Shown here: piece after piece, positions 38,585-48,861 of the stretch
How positions within the stretch are numbered: the stretch's first letter is position 1
Layout of the letters: each line of letters begins with the position of its first letter
Assembly: GCA_040755005.1 (NCBI GenBank)
Contig: JBFMBV010000001.1
Location: forward strand, 5,692 to 69,691
Length of the DNA stretch: 64,000 bases
Direction: 5' to 3'
Source of the DNA: Bacillota bacterium
GTDB lineage: Bacteria; Bacillota; Sulfobacillia; JBFMBV01
The notes under the pieces: generated by a model
The model's database searches: none
Told to the model about the DNA's origin: nothing
The model's input: the letters and a program-made list of their open reading frames with translations, nothing else
Made by a program: the position numbers and the translations under genes

Positions 38585-39535
38585 TCATTCGAACAGCTTG
38601 GAGACGGACAGATCCTCGTGGATGCGGATGATCGCCTCCCCGAGCAGTGGCGCGAGGGAAATCACCCTGACCTTCGGCAGGGCCTGGTCCGGGCTGAGGG
38701 GGATGGTGTCTGTCACTACGACCTCTTCCAGCACGGACTCGGCGAGACGCTGGGGCGCGGGCCCGGACAGCACAGGATGGGTGCAGCACGCGTAAACAGC
38801 GCGCGCCCCTTTCTCCCGCAGCACCTGGGCCCCTAAGGCGATGGTCCCCCCAGTGTCGATCATGTCGTCGATCATCACCACGTTCTTCCCCTGGACCCGT
38901 CCAATGATGTTCATGACCTCGGCCACCCCAGGTTCCGGCCGGCGCTTGTCGATGATGGCAAAGCCTACGTCGAGGCGGTCGGCCATGTCCCTGGCCCGCT
39001 GCACGCCCCCAAGATCGGGAGCGACCACCACCAGGTCCGCCAGGCCCCTGGCCCTAAAGTCATCCACCAGCAGCGGGACTGCACTGAGATGGTCCACGGG
39101 GATGTCAAAGAAACCCTGGATCTGCCCGGCGTGGAGGTCCACGGTGAGGACGCGCCCCGCCCGCGCGGTGGCGATGAGGTTGGCTACCAGTTTCGCGGTG
39201 ATGGGTTCGCGACCCCGGGTCTTCCTGTCCTGACGGGCGTACCCGTAGAAGGGGATGACCGCCGTGACGCGCTTGGCCGAAGCCCGGCGTAACGCGTCGA
39301 CCATGATCAGCAGCTCCATCAAGCTGTCGTTGACGGGCGTGCAGATGGACTGCACCACGAAGGCATCCGCGCCGCGGACGCTCTCGTTCAGGAGTACCTT
39401 GATCTCGCCGTTGGAGAACCGCCCGACCTCGGCCCGGCCTAACTCGACCCCCAGGTACTTGACGATATCCCTGGCCAGTGCGGGGTTTGCGTTCCCTGTA
39501 AACAGTTTGAGCTTGCCGTCAGCATAGCGCGCCAT
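38585..39535 (-). CDS. prs: ribose-phosphate pyrophosphokinase
   Basis: [12 protein letters not shown]; PRPP-binding [13 protein letters not shown]. Confidence 0.95.
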   Translation of the reverse strand: MARYADGKLKLFTGNANPALARDIVKYLGVELGRAEVGRFSNGEIKVLLNESVRGADAFVVQSICTPVNDSLMELLIMVDALRRASAKRVTAVIPFYGYARQDRKTRGREPITAKLVANLIATARAGRVLTVDLHAGQIQGFFDIPVDHLSAVPLLVDDFRARGLADLVVVAPDLGGVQRARDMADRLDVGFAIIDKRRPEPGVAEVMNIIGRVQGKNVVMIDDMIDTGGTIALGAQVLREKGARAVYACCTHPVLSGPAPQRLAESVLEEVVVTDTIPLSPDQALPKVRVISLAPLLGEAIIRIHEDLSVSKLFE

Positions 39536-39563
39536 ACGAGTCCCCCGCTTCGAACAGATATCG

Positions 39564-40928
39564 TCACGGGCCCTTCTTCGCCCAGTCCGCCTTGTTCACC
39601 TGCCGGCTGCGGGCGATGGCCAGCGTATCCGGGGGGACGTCCTCGGTGATGGTCGAGCCGGCCGCGATGTAGGCTTCGTCGCCGATGGTCACGGGGGCCA
39701 CCAGGTTGGCGTTGCAGCCCACCATGACCTTGGCGCCGATGTGGGTGCGGTGCTTGCGCCTGCCGTCGTAGTTCACCACGACGGTCCCAGCCCCGAGATT
39801 TGTCCCTGGACCAACCGTGGCATCACCGATGTACGACAGATGGGAGGCCTTCACCCCATCGCCGATGTCCGACTGCTTTACTTCGACGAAATTCCCTATC
39901 CGCACACCTTTGCCCAGCCTGGTGCCGGGCCGCAGCCGGGCGAAGGGTCCCACCGTCGCGTTCTCCCCTACCTCGCTGTCTTCCAGCACGCTGAACTCCA
40001 CCCGGGCCCCGGACCGCACCACGACATCCCGCAACCGCGTGTAGGGCCCGACGACACAGCCCGACCCGATGGTGCAGTTCCCCTCCACGTGGGTGAAGGG
40101 CTGGATGACGGTGTCCGGTGCGATGGAGACACCATAGTCGATGTAAGTGACCTGGGGATCGGTGATGGTCACGCCGCTGACCATGAGTCCGCGGTTGATC
40201 CGCTGGCGCAGCGTGCGCTCCGCCTCGGCGAGTTCAGCTCGGTCGTTGGGCCCCAGCACCACCCGGGGGTCTGCCGCCGTCTCCACCCGTACCGGCCGCC
40301 CGTCCCGGGCCAGCAGGTTCGGCACATCGGTCAGGTAATACTCGCCTTGGGCGTTGGCGGGGGATAGGCGCCTAAGGGCTGGGAAGAGCTCCGCGGTCCT
40401 GAAGGCGAAGACCCCGCTGACTACCTCGGTCACAGCGAGCTCCTCAGGGGTGGCGTCCCTGGCCTCCACGGTCTTGAGGAAACGGCCTCCCTCAGCCCTG
40501 ACAATCCGTCCGTATTTCCCGGGAGCAGCCGCCAGGGCGGACACGATGGTGGCGCTGGCGCCCGACTGCACGTGCCCTTCCACCAGGCTGCGCAACGTGT
40601 CCGCCTCGAGCAGCACGCTGTCGCCCATGATGACCACCGTGTGTTCGTACCTGTCCGCGATAGCGGGTCCCGCCATGAGCACCGCGTGGCCCGTGCCGAG
40701 TTGCTCAGCCTGATACACGTAATGCGGGCCCTCCCCTAACGAGGCCCGCACCGCTTCAGCCTGGAAACCGATGACTACATGGACCCCCTCGATGCCGGCA
40801 CCGGCGACGGCGGACAGGACCCACGCGGCCATAGTCCTGCCCGCTACGGGATGCAGCACCTTAGCGGTCTGAGACCGCATCCTCTTGCCATGGCCCGCGG
40901 CAAGGACGACCGCGGCGACTGTGGGCAC
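39564..40928 (-). CDS. glmU: bifunctional UDP-GlcNAc pyrophosphorylase / GlcN-1-P acetyltransferase
   Basis: [14 protein letters not shown] plus C-terminal left-handed beta-helix hexapeptide repeats. Confidence 0.95.
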   Translation of the reverse strand: MPTVAAVVLAAGHGKRMRSQTAKVLHPVAGRTMAAWVLSAVAGAGIEGVHVVIGFQAEAVRASLGEGPHYVYQAEQLGTGHAVLMAGPAIADRYEHTVVIMGDSVLLEADTLRSLVEGHVQSGASATIVSALAAAPGKYGRIVRAEGGRFLKTVEARDATPEELAVTEVVSGVFAFRTAELFPALRRLSPANAQGEYYLTDVPNLLARDGRPVRVETAADPRVVLGPNDRAELAEAERTLRQRINRGLMVSGVTITDPQVTYIDYGVSIAPDTVIQPFTHVEGNCTIGSGCVVGPYTRLRDVVVRSGARVEFSVLEDSEVGENATVGPFARLRPGTRLGKGVRIGNFVEVKQSDIGDGVKASHLSYIGDATVGPGTNLGAGTVVVNYDGRRKHRTHIGAKVMVGCNANLVAPVTIGDEAYIAAGSTITEDVPPDTLAIARSRQVNKADWAKKGP

Positions 40929-41170
40929 GGATGGTGCCCCCTTCCAGGACTCAGTCTAGATGGTTCCCCCGGCAGGGCAAACCATGCGTAGTGTATTCCG
41001 CCCGTAGGGGGGCAAGTCCTGCCGCTGATCTACCAGGTCAGTGTGTCCACTGACCCGAAGGTGCTGAGAGTGGACGTCTCCGAAGAACCGGACCTGAGCG
41101 GCGATGGGGAGCAGTGGCTGCTCCAGGCCGTCCTGGGCACGCCATCAGCACCGGTTTCGGGCCTTGGGGC

Positions 41171-41203
41171 AGAAGAAAAGCGCGGGCCGGCTGCGGCCCG
41201 CGT
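41171..41203 (-). terminator. intrinsic terminator after spoVG
   Basis: gcgcgggccg-gctg-cggcccgcg stem followed on the minus strand by CTTTTCTTCT. Confidence 0.5.
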
Positions 41204-41217
41204 TAGTGTATCGCCTC

Positions 41218-41472
41218 TCAGCTGGCCTCGGTGAAGGCCTGCAGCACTGCCTTCTGGATGGCGTCCCTCAGTTCAGCGGTGATGGGATGGGCGATATCGC
41301 GAAACTCGCCATCTGTCCCCTTACGGCTCGGCATCGCCACGAACAGCCCGGTGGGACCGTCGATCACCCTAAGGTCGTGTACCACGAAGCTGTCTTCCAG
41401 GGTGATGGAGGCGACGGCCCGCAGCTTGCCCTCGACGGCGAGCCGCCGCACCCTCACATCGGTGATCTGCAC
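41218..41472 (-). CDS. spoVG: SpoVG
   Basis: [51 protein letters not shown]. Confidence 0.9.
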   Translation of the reverse strand: MQITDVRVRRLAVEGKLRAVASITLEDSFVVHDLRVIDGPTGLFVAMPSRKGTDGEFRDIAHPITAELRDAIQKAVLQAFTEAS

Positions 41473-41620
41473 TCAGTCACCCCCTCCTCCGGCAGGGCTC
41501 AGTTCCAGCCGCAACCTCCTAATTCCTGCCAACCCAGGCTTTTCCGCAGCAACTTCATTTGTAAACCCCATGAACACGAAACGGCCCGAATCCGGGCCGC
41601 TGTACTTGTTTGTGATTAGG

Positions 41621-42454
41621 TCAACCTACCAGCCAAGGACTCGGCCCGATCACGACCTGACGGGCAAGCTCGTCGACGCCTTCGAGCACCAGCAGGGCCA
41701 AGTAGTCGTCCACCAGCTTCTTCGCGGGCTCGGCCGTGGCCACCAGCACACCGATGCCGACAACCTCGGCGGCATACTCCACCATCAGGTCCACGCAGCC
41801 GCGGGCTGTGCCCCCGGCCTTCATAAAGTCGTCGATGAACAGGACCCGGGCTTTCTCGGGCAAGGCCCGCCTAGGCAGGGACATCGTAGAGATGCGCTTG
41901 CTCGACCCGCTCAGGTAGTGGATGCCGACCGACGAACCCTCAGTGACCCGGTTGTCGCGCCTGATGATGAGCAGCGGCAGGTTGAGGGCGCGGGCGGTCA
42001 TCAAGGCCATGGGGATCCCCTTGGTCTCTACGGTCAGTACGTACTCGGCGCCAGCCTCACGGAACCGCGAGGCGAAGCACTCCCCGAGCCTGAAGGTGAG
42101 CCTGGGATCAGACACGAGGTCGGTCATGTACAGGAAGCCGCCAGGAAGCACCCGCTCCGGCAGGCTCAACCGCGCTGCCAGGTCCTCGGCCAGCGCCACT
42201 GCGGCCTCGGGACTCCAGGCGGCGACGTAGCGCGCCCCTCCGGCCGGCCCGGTCACCGTCTCGATGTCGCCGAGTCCCAACTCCCTCAGCCCTGCCCGGA
42301 CGATGGCGAGGTCCTCGCTGACGCTGGACTTGGCTGTCCCGAACAAGCCGCTGAAGTACGCCAGGGGCAGCAGCTCGCCCGGCCTGTCCACCAACAGCTT
42401 GAGCATAGCCGCAATACGTTCGCCACGGCGCACCTTTCCGGCCACTCCGCGCAC
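41621..42454 (-). CDS. purR: pur operon repressor
   Basis: N-terminal PurR wHTH (AKSSVSEDLAIVR) plus PRTase fold (VLFIDDFMKAGGTA). Confidence 0.85.
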   Translation of the reverse strand: MRGVAGKVRRGERIAAMLKLLVDRPGELLPLAYFSGLFGTAKSSVSEDLAIVRAGLRELGLGDIETVTGPAGGARYVAAWSPEAAVALAEDLAARLSLPERVLPGGFLYMTDLVSDPRLTFRLGECFASRFREAGAEYVLTVETKGIPMALMTARALNLPLLIIRRDNRVTEGSSVGIHYLSGSSKRISTMSLPRRALPEKARVLFIDDFMKAGGTARGCVDLMVEYAAEVVGIGVLVATAEPAKKLVDDYLALLVLEGVDELARQVVIGPSPWLVG

Positions 42455-42520
42455 CCCGCTTTGACCTACCCGAACAATATGGCTCCTGCCGCCGATTTCA
42501 TTCAGGTTTTCGGCGGCCCC

Positions 42521-43303
42521 TTACCGATTCCTGCTCTGCATCCTCCCCTTCAGGACAGCGTCGGCGAGTTCGTAGTCAGCCGGTTTGTCCACATCGATGC
42601 CGATGTCGGCGTCAGCAGTCACGATCACCTTGCCTGTGACCCCCAGGAGCTTGCACACCCTCCGTTCGAGCTCCGCCAAGGTCAGGCTGCCCAAGAGGAG
42701 GCCGATCAGCGTCCCCCAACCGACGATGGCCGCTTGGCGGGCCGGGCTCTTGCGGGCCTCGGCGAAGCGGGCGCCCAGATCGCGACAGGGTCCGACCACA
42801 TGGGGGTGGATGACGAAAATGTTGCCGCCCGTGACCTTCCCCTCTCGGAATTTGAGATAGGTCCGTTTGGTGCCGGGATAGGCCGCTTCTATGTGCTGCC
42901 TGAACACGACCGGATAGAAGACCTCTCCCCCTGCCGCCAGGCAGGTGTCCACGAAGGCGTCATAGCCTGCGGCGGTGACCAGGGGCGTATCGCCGGCGGT
43001 CAGGAGTATCGGCCCATCTCCGGCCTGCCGCTGGGCTTCGTCGACACCGAGGGCGATATTGTCCATCATGGAGTCGCTGGCCTCCACCAGGGTCAAGCCC
43101 TTGCCTGTGACCTTGCCAGCGCTGTCCGCTGGCCCTACTACGATTATCCCGTCAACCACCCTTGCCCCGGACAGGGCGTCTACCACCCACTGCAGCATGG
43201 GCCTGTCGGCCAGTGGGATCATGGCTTCCCACGCTTCAGCGCTCACGGTCGCCAGCCTGCCGGCGTTCCGGCGGCCGGCCAGGACCACCGCTCTAAGTCC
43301 CAT
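42521..43303 (-). CDS. MobA-like nucleotidyltransferase family protein
   Basis: AVVLAGRRNAGRL N-terminal NTP-transferase motif; overlaps the ispE stop by 11 nt. Confidence 0.55.
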   Translation of the reverse strand: MGLRAVVLAGRRNAGRLATVSAEAWEAMIPLADRPMLQWVVDALSGARVVDGIIVVGPADSAGKVTGKGLTLVEASDSMMDNIALGVDEAQRQAGDGPILLTAGDTPLVTAAGYDAFVDTCLAAGGEVFYPVVFRQHIEAAYPGTKRTYLKFREGKVTGGNIFVIHPHVVGPCRDLGARFAEARKSPARQAAIVGWGTLIGLLLGSLTLAELERRVCKLLGVTGKVIVTADADIGIDVDKPADYELADAVLKGRMQSRNR

Positions 43304-44189
43304 CCTCGTATACCTCCCTCTCTTGGCCCCAGCTGATGGTACGGGCCATCGCGGGCACCGCCCAGGCCGCCAGCCCTGCCCGCTCCAGCCGGCCCCGCAG
43401 CCGGACGGCCCCGGCTTGGTCGGGGCTCACCGCGAACACCGCGCTGCCCGAGCCAGTCAGCTCGGCGGCAAGGGCCCCGCTGTCCCGCAACAGCTTCAGC
43501 ACGGCCTCGATGTCCGGTCTCAGGGAGACAACCGCCGGCCGCAGGGCATTGCCGATCGCGCTGCACAGTGCCTGACGGTCGCTGGCCTTGATCGCTTCTA
43601 CCACCGGGGCAGCAGGGGTTGGCGGTCCGGGGGGCTGCAGATCGTAGTGGGCATAGGCCCGCGCGGTGTCCTGGGGCAGGCCGGGGAAGGCGACGGCGAG
43701 CCAGACGTCTCCAAGTTCCGGCAAGGGCTCCAGCACGTCGCCCCGGCCCCGGGCCAGGCAGGTGCCATGCCCGCCCACAAAAAACGGGACATCGGCGCCT
43801 AACCGTGCCCCCAAGGCCGCCAACCTGTCCGGGCTGGCCTCAACCCCCCAGAGGTGCGCCAGGCAGATCAAAGCCGCGGCCGCATCGCTGCTGCCCCCGC
43901 CAAGGCCGGCCCCGGCTGGGATGCGCTTCTCCAGGACGATCTCAGCGCCGCCGCCGCAGCCGGACTCCCGCCGGAGGAGCTCAGCCGCACGCCGGACCAG
44001 ATTGCCTTCCCCGACGGGGACGCCCGCCGACCACGGTCCAGTCACAGTCAGGCTGATCCCCTCGGCCCGCGGCCTGAAGGTCAGACGGTCCTCCAAGCCG
44101 ATGGCCTGAAGGACCGTGATGAGGTCGTGATAACCGTCGGGCCGCCTGCCCACTATCTCCAGGGCCAGATTCACCTTGGCGCGGGCCAT
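43293..44189 (-). CDS. ispE: 4-diphosphocytidyl-2-C-methyl-D-erythritol kinase
   Basis: AKVNLALEIVGRRPDGYHDL; GHMP kinase motif PAGAGLGGGSSDAAAAL. Confidence 0.85.
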   Translation of the reverse strand: MARAKVNLALEIVGRRPDGYHDLITVLQAIGLEDRLTFRPRAEGISLTVTGPWSAGVPVGEGNLVRRAAELLRRESGCGGGAEIVLEKRIPAGAGLGGGSSDAAAALICLAHLWGVEASPDRLAALGARLGADVPFFVGGHGTCLARGRGDVLEPLPELGDVWLAVAFPGLPQDTARAYAHYDLQPPGPPTPAAPVVEAIKASDRQALCSAIGNALRPAVVSLRPDIEAVLKLLRDSGALAAELTGSGSAVFAVSPDQAGAVRLRGRLERAGLAAWAVPAMARTISWGQEREVYEDGT

Positions 44190-44260
44190 CGCTACTACCG
44201 ACACGGGAGCGCACCCCCCCGGTCGGCCTGAATTCGCCGCCGCCCGCTCCAATCCTGCTC

Positions 44261-46894
44261 TCAGCGCGGACCTCCGACCGCAGCCTCCAGACCCCCGGCC
44301 GCCCTGGCAAGCCCCTTGACTGCGGCCGCCACAGGCCCGTAGTGCTCGTAGAACACCAGCACGATGTCCCCCGGCTGCGCCCGGCCGACCGCTGTCCGCA
44401 CAGCCTCAACTTCGTCCAGGACCATGTCCATGGACTCCACCATGACGCCGCCTTGGGCGCCGGCCCTTAGCAGGGCTGCCGTCTCGCCGGGCTGCCGCCC
44501 CCGCAGGTCTCTGTCTTCCCTGATCACCAGATGGTGAAAGCTGTTGCCGGCGACGCGGCCAAGCTCGTACAGGGCCGCATCGGCCCGGTCACCCGGGGCC
44601 CCGAGCACCCCGATCAGCCTGCCGGGACCCAGCCGGCGGGCCGTGTTGACCACAGCGCGCACGGCTGACGGATTGTGGCCGTAGTCGACGACCACTGTAC
44701 AAGCGCCTACGGCGAACAGCGTGAACCGCCCTGGGTTGTCGTCCTCATTTCCCTGAAAGGACCGCAGCACCGCCCCCATGGCTGTCTCGGCGAGGCCAAG
44801 GCCGACCCCGGCACCCACCGCAGCCAGCACATTCTCCACGTTGTGGGCGGCCCGGCCCCCCAGGGTGAGGGGGAAATCCGCCACCGGACCGACTGACCGT
44901 TCGCCGCGGGCGTCCCGGACGAGCACTTGTCCGCGGCGGACGTAGACAGCCGTCCCGCCGGCGTCGACATGGCGCCTGACGGACAGGTTGTCAGGGACCA
45001 TGCTGAACAGGATCCGCCTGCCCCGGGCCCGGGCCGCAACCGCCATGACCTGCGGGTCATCGGCGTTAAGGACGCTGGCCCCTGCGGGCTTGACTACTTC
45101 GGTGATCAGGCACTTGACCGCAGCCATGTCCTCCATGGTCTCGATGCCATCGCACTCGAGGTGATCAGCGGACACGTTGGTGAGCACGGCCACGTCGCAC
45201 CGGTCAAACCCCAGGCCGCCTCTGATGATGCCGCCCCTCGCCGTCTCGAGCACCGCGGCCTCCACACCTGGGTCCATCAGCAGCCGTCCGGCGCTGGCTG
45301 GACCCGCCATATCTCCTGCGGCGATGAGCCGCCCCTGCAGATAGATCCCATCGGTTGTGGCCCGGGCGGTGCGCAGGCCGGTCGCCTGGAGTAGACGGTC
45401 GATGAGCCTCACCACCGTTGTCTTGCCGTTGGTGCCGGTCACCGCGATCACGGGAATGCAGCCGTCGGCGCCTCCGGGGAACAGGTAGTCGACGATGTCC
45501 GCCGCCACGTCCCTGGGCTGTCCCTCGCAGGGGTGCAGATGCATGCGCAGGCCTGGGGCGGCGTTGACTTCAATGATCACCGCCTCCTCCCCGGCTGGGA
45601 CGGAGATGTCGGGGGCCACTAGGTCCACTCCAGCCACGTCCAGACCGAGGGCGGCGGCTGCCGCCACTGCCAGCTGGGCTTGAGATGGATGGACCTCAGC
45701 GGTAACGTCCCTCGCGGTGCCTCCAGTGGAAAGGTTAGCATTGGGCCGAAGCACGACGAGCCTGCCTGCCTCAGGTACGCTGTCGACGGTCAGGCCTTGG
45801 CGCGCCAAGGTGAGCCGGACGATCTCATCCATGGACACCCTGGTGAGGGGGCGTTCGTGGTCCAGACCCCGCCTGGGGTCGCTGTTCAGAGCCGCGATCA
45901 ACTCAGTGACCGTGTTGTTCCCGTCACCGGTGAGGGTCGCGGGCAGGCGCTCCGCCGCCGCCGCCAGCCGCCCGTCGATCACCAACAGGCGGAAGTGCCT
46001 GCCTGGGATGTACCGCTCGACGATGATCCGCGGACTGAACTGCCGTGCCACCGCGAAGGCCTGCAAGACCTCGTCGTCAGTCCGCAGATCCAAGGCCACG
46101 CCCTTGCCCTGGTTCGCGTCTACAGGCTTGAGCACTACCGGTGGCCCCAGGTCAGCGACGAGGGCCAAGGCCTCGCGTTCGCTGAGGGCCACTCCGCCGG
46201 GAGGGACCGGTAGCCCATGCCGCCCCAACACGTCCTTGGTCTCCGCCTTGTCACAGGCGATGTCCGCAGCCAGGCAACTGGTGGCATCGGTCAGGGAGGC
46301 CCTCACCAGCCGCCGCCGGTGACCCTGCCCCAGCTGGACGAGGCTGTCGCTGGACAGCCGCATGACTGGTATGCCCCGCCTCCTGGCGGCGGCGGCGATG
46401 GCGCTGGTGGTCGGCCCGAGGTCGGACAGCCTGGCCCGCCCCAGCGCCTGCAGGCAGCTGCCGATGTCCACAAGCTCGCCAGCCAGCACCCGCTGGACAA
46501 CATCCACGGCCAGTGGGGCGGCGGCCAGGCCGCAACGGCTTCCGTCACAGCCGCATTCATAGACGACCCTGAAGACCGACCCGTCGCCCACCCGGCGCGT
46601 CTTGCCATAGGTCACTGGCACCCCGGCCAGATTCAACAGCTCAAGGGCAACGTGTTCGACGGCGTGCCCCAGTAGCGTCCCTTCGGTCAGGCGCTCCAGG
46701 AAGCCCCCGGGGTAGCCCCTGGAGCAGTGGTGTCCGGCCAGGCCGGGTAGAGCGGCGACGAGCCTGTCAGGGAAAGACGGGAGACTGTCCGTGTATGTGT
46801 CCACATGCTCCAGCAGGTCGACCAGCAGTTCAATGACGGGTCGGTGACAGTGGATATTCGGGCCGTCGTGGGCACGGACGGCGAGGATGTGCAT
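44261..46894 (-). CDS. cphA: cyanophycin synthetase
   Basis: N-domain HCSRGYPGGFLERLTEGTLLGHAVEHVALELL; ATP-grasp; C-terminal Mur-ligase IAVTGTNGKTT; start MHILAVR with AGGAGG RBS. Confidence 0.9.
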   Translation of the reverse strand: MHILAVRAHDGPNIHCHRPVIELLVDLLEHVDTYTDSLPSFPDRLVAALPGLAGHHCSRGYPGGFLERLTEGTLLGHAVEHVALELLNLAGVPVTYGKTRRVGDGSVFRVVYECGCDGSRCGLAAAPLAVDVVQRVLAGELVDIGSCLQALGRARLSDLGPTTSAIAAAARRRGIPVMRLSSDSLVQLGQGHRRRLVRASLTDATSCLAADIACDKAETKDVLGRHGLPVPPGGVALSEREALALVADLGPPVVLKPVDANQGKGVALDLRTDDEVLQAFAVARQFSPRIIVERYIPGRHFRLLVIDGRLAAAAERLPATLTGDGNNTVTELIAALNSDPRRGLDHERPLTRVSMDEIVRLTLARQGLTVDSVPEAGRLVVLRPNANLSTGGTARDVTAEVHPSQAQLAVAAAAALGLDVAGVDLVAPDISVPAGEEAVIIEVNAAPGLRMHLHPCEGQPRDVAADIVDYLFPGGADGCIPVIAVTGTNGKTTVVRLIDRLLQATGLRTARATTDGIYLQGRLIAAGDMAGPASAGRLLMDPGVEAAVLETARGGIIRGGLGFDRCDVAVLTNVSADHLECDGIETMEDMAAVKCLITEVVKPAGASVLNADDPQVMAVAARARGRRILFSMVPDNLSVRRHVDAGGTAVYVRRGQVLVRDARGERSVGPVADFPLTLGGRAAHNVENVLAAVGAGVGLGLAETAMGAVLRSFQGNEDDNPGRFTLFAVGACTVVVDYGHNPSAVRAVVNTARRLGPGRLIGVLGAPGDRADAALYELGRVAGNSFHHLVIREDRDLRGRQPGETAALLRAGAQGGVMVESMDMVLDEVEAVRTAVGRAQPGDIVLVFYEHYGPVAAAVKGLARAAGGLEAAVGGPR

Positions 46895-46925
46895 TGCCGC
46901 GTGGTCCTCCTTTGACACCGCGGCG

Positions 46926-47792
46926 TTAGCCTTTCCCTGCCCATTTGGGCTTATGCCCGTCCCGATTTGTCCCATCGCGCGGCTGGATGATGTCGCGATT
47001 GACCAGGTCAAAACCATAGCCCGCCGGCAGGACATGCAGGGTGGCGCAGGAGATCGCCAAGGGCTCGTCGGGCGACGAGGCCGAGGCGTTGGTGTGTTCC
47101 ACAGTGCGCCCGTCCAGCACGGTCACGGTCTGTGAACCGATGACCCGAAAGCGTAAGCCCGCTTCGACCACCAGCGCGGTGTCCTCGTCGATGCCGACTG
47201 CAAGCACCGAAGGGTTCTGGGCCACCGCCGCCAACAGCCTTCCGATGCGGCCTCTCTGCGCGAAATGCTGATCGATCACGATGCCTTCCACGAAACCCAT
47301 GCCCGGGGCCATGCTCACCGTGCATCGCTTTGGCCCCTCATCGTCGTCACCGGCCACGATCATCGTCGCGCTCATCACGGAGGCGCCCGCGCTTGTGCCG
47401 GCGATGACCGCCCCTGCCGTGTACAGGCGGTGCAGCGCCTCGTCGGCCCGGGTCCCGCCGATGATGCTGGTGATACGCAACTGGTCGCCGCCGGTGAAGA
47501 ACACCCCGCTTAGGCCCATCAAGGCAGCTTCCATACTAGCTGCGTCCGCCGCCGCCCGCGACTGAAAGCCTAAGACAGTCACAGCGGCAGCGCCAAGGCG
47601 CAGAAAAGCGGTGCGGTAGGTCTCCCCGGCCCCCTTGGCGTCCCCAGTGGCTGCGGCGATCACACCCAGCCGCGCCCTGGCGCCCCCGGCCAGGGAGACG
47701 AACTCCCGTAACACGGCGCAGTCGCCTGTCTTGTCCTCAGCGCCACCGATGACCATCAGCCGCCCGCGCTGCTCCCGGCCCACAGCATGCAC
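46926..47792 (-). CDS. cphB: cyanophycinase (peptidase S51)
   Basis: MVIGGAEDK, FFTGGDQLRITS, catalytic Ser in GTSAGASV. Confidence 0.85.
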   Translation of the reverse strand: MHAVGREQRGRLMVIGGAEDKTGDCAVLREFVSLAGGARARLGVIAAATGDAKGAGETYRTAFLRLGAAAVTVLGFQSRAAADAASMEAALMGLSGVFFTGGDQLRITSIIGGTRADEALHRLYTAGAVIAGTSAGASVMSATMIVAGDDDEGPKRCTVSMAPGMGFVEGIVIDQHFAQRGRIGRLLAAVAQNPSVLAVGIDEDTALVVEAGLRFRVIGSQTVTVLDGRTVEHTNASASSPDEPLAISCATLHVLPAGYGFDLVNRDIIQPRDGTNRDGHKPKWAGKG

Positions 47793-47814
47793 CTCAAGGC
47801 TAGTTATGCCCAGT

Positions 47815-48810
47815 CTAAACCGTGACGCCGAGCAGGGAACACACCCTGGATATCCGGCACGCGATGGTGACCAGGTCGGAGCCCGCCGCCAAGAGTCCTA
47901 CGGCGCGGTTCGCTTCGTCAACCATCAACGAGCCGCTGTCGCCCGGCTGCCCCATGTTGGACGTGATGATCTGCTCGTGGAAGACCCCAGTGCCGACGTC
48001 GCCCAGGCCCACGCGCACGGTGGCGTTGATGACCTTCACCACGCCTGCGGTGAGCCCCGTGGTGCGACCGCTCTTGCGCAGCTTCATCCCCAGTTCTGGC
48101 TCAGCCATGCCGGTGGGGCGTCCCAAGCCGAGGATCTCGGGGAGCACTGCCTCAGGTGAGTAGGGCCTGGCCACGGCGGCGTCGACCAGGTTGCCCCCGC
48201 CGGAGATTGCCTCCAACCGGAGCCGGTACTTGAGCCTTAGTCCTGCGGCTGCCCGGTTAGCTACGCCGTTCAGCCAACGCATGAGCGGACAGACGCCGTC
48301 GCCGACCCGGATGGGCACGAAGCGCAACAGGGTGCCAATGGCGTCGGCCGCCACCCCGCCGTCGTACGGTCCGGGCTGGAGGATGTAGTCCCCTGCCTTC
48401 GCCCGCCCGTCTTCACCGGAGCTGAGGTTGGCGAGGACGTGGTTGTTGGAGAGGATCAGCGGTTCGCCCGTGGCTACGTCAGTTACCAGGGCCCCAAACG
48501 TGCCTGCGGTGACGCGGACATGGGCGATGCTGACCCCGGGCGGGGCTGGCCGGTGCTTGGACGTCCGCTCGAGCAGCCTGAGTTCACCGACCTCCAGCAC
48601 GTCCGTGCTCACTCCAGCCAGCGAGGCCGGGACGATGTTGCGCTTGCCCAGCTTCGCCTCAGGCAGTTTGCGCTTGACCAGGACGGTGGCGGACATGCGT
48701 CCAGTGCACTTGCCGTGCGTCTCCTTGAGCCCGATGCCGACCCCGACCACGTTGTCCAAGCCCAGCAGCGCCGCGCCATGCCGCGACAGGGCGGCAATTA
48801 CCTCCTTCAA
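47815..48810 (-). CDS. putative chymotrypsin-fold (S1-like) serine peptidase
   Basis: Ordered His (SNNHVLAN), Asp (LVDAAV) and Ser (GQPGDSGSLM) candidates; 331 aa; no signal peptide; 22 nt upstream of cphB. Confidence 0.45.
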   Translation of the reverse strand: MKEVIAALSRHGAALLGLDNVVGVGIGLKETHGKCTGRMSATVLVKRKLPEAKLGKRNIVPASLAGVSTDVLEVGELRLLERTSKHRPAPPGVSIAHVRVTAGTFGALVTDVATGEPLILSNNHVLANLSSGEDGRAKAGDYILQPGPYDGGVAADAIGTLLRFVPIRVGDGVCPLMRWLNGVANRAAAGLRLKYRLRLEAISGGGNLVDAAVARPYSPEAVLPEILGLGRPTGMAEPELGMKLRKSGRTTGLTAGVVKVINATVRVGLGDVGTGVFHEQIITSNMGQPGDSGSLMVDEANRAVGLLAAGSDLVTIACRISRVCSLLGVTV

Positions 48811-48861
48811 ACGGAAACCCCCCTTCCGCTATCAAGCTATGCGGGAGGGGGGGCCTGAGGG

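Noticed and set aside
40929-41170. Possible riboswitch in the 240-nt glmU upstream region (stem GTCCACT...AGTGGAC)
   Set aside because: No motif of glmS, PRPP or other riboswitch classes that I can recognise; only a generic hairpin.
41043-41234. 63-aa + ORF in the glmU-spoVG intergenic region
   Set aside because: It overlaps the spoVG terminator hairpin; no RBS; likely non-coding 5' region of glmU.
47815-48810. Possibility that the 331-aa protein is the sporulation protease YabG expected next to ksgA
   Set aside because: YabG is a Cys/His peptidase with a different sequence pattern; this protein has a GDSGS serine motif and H/D/S order.
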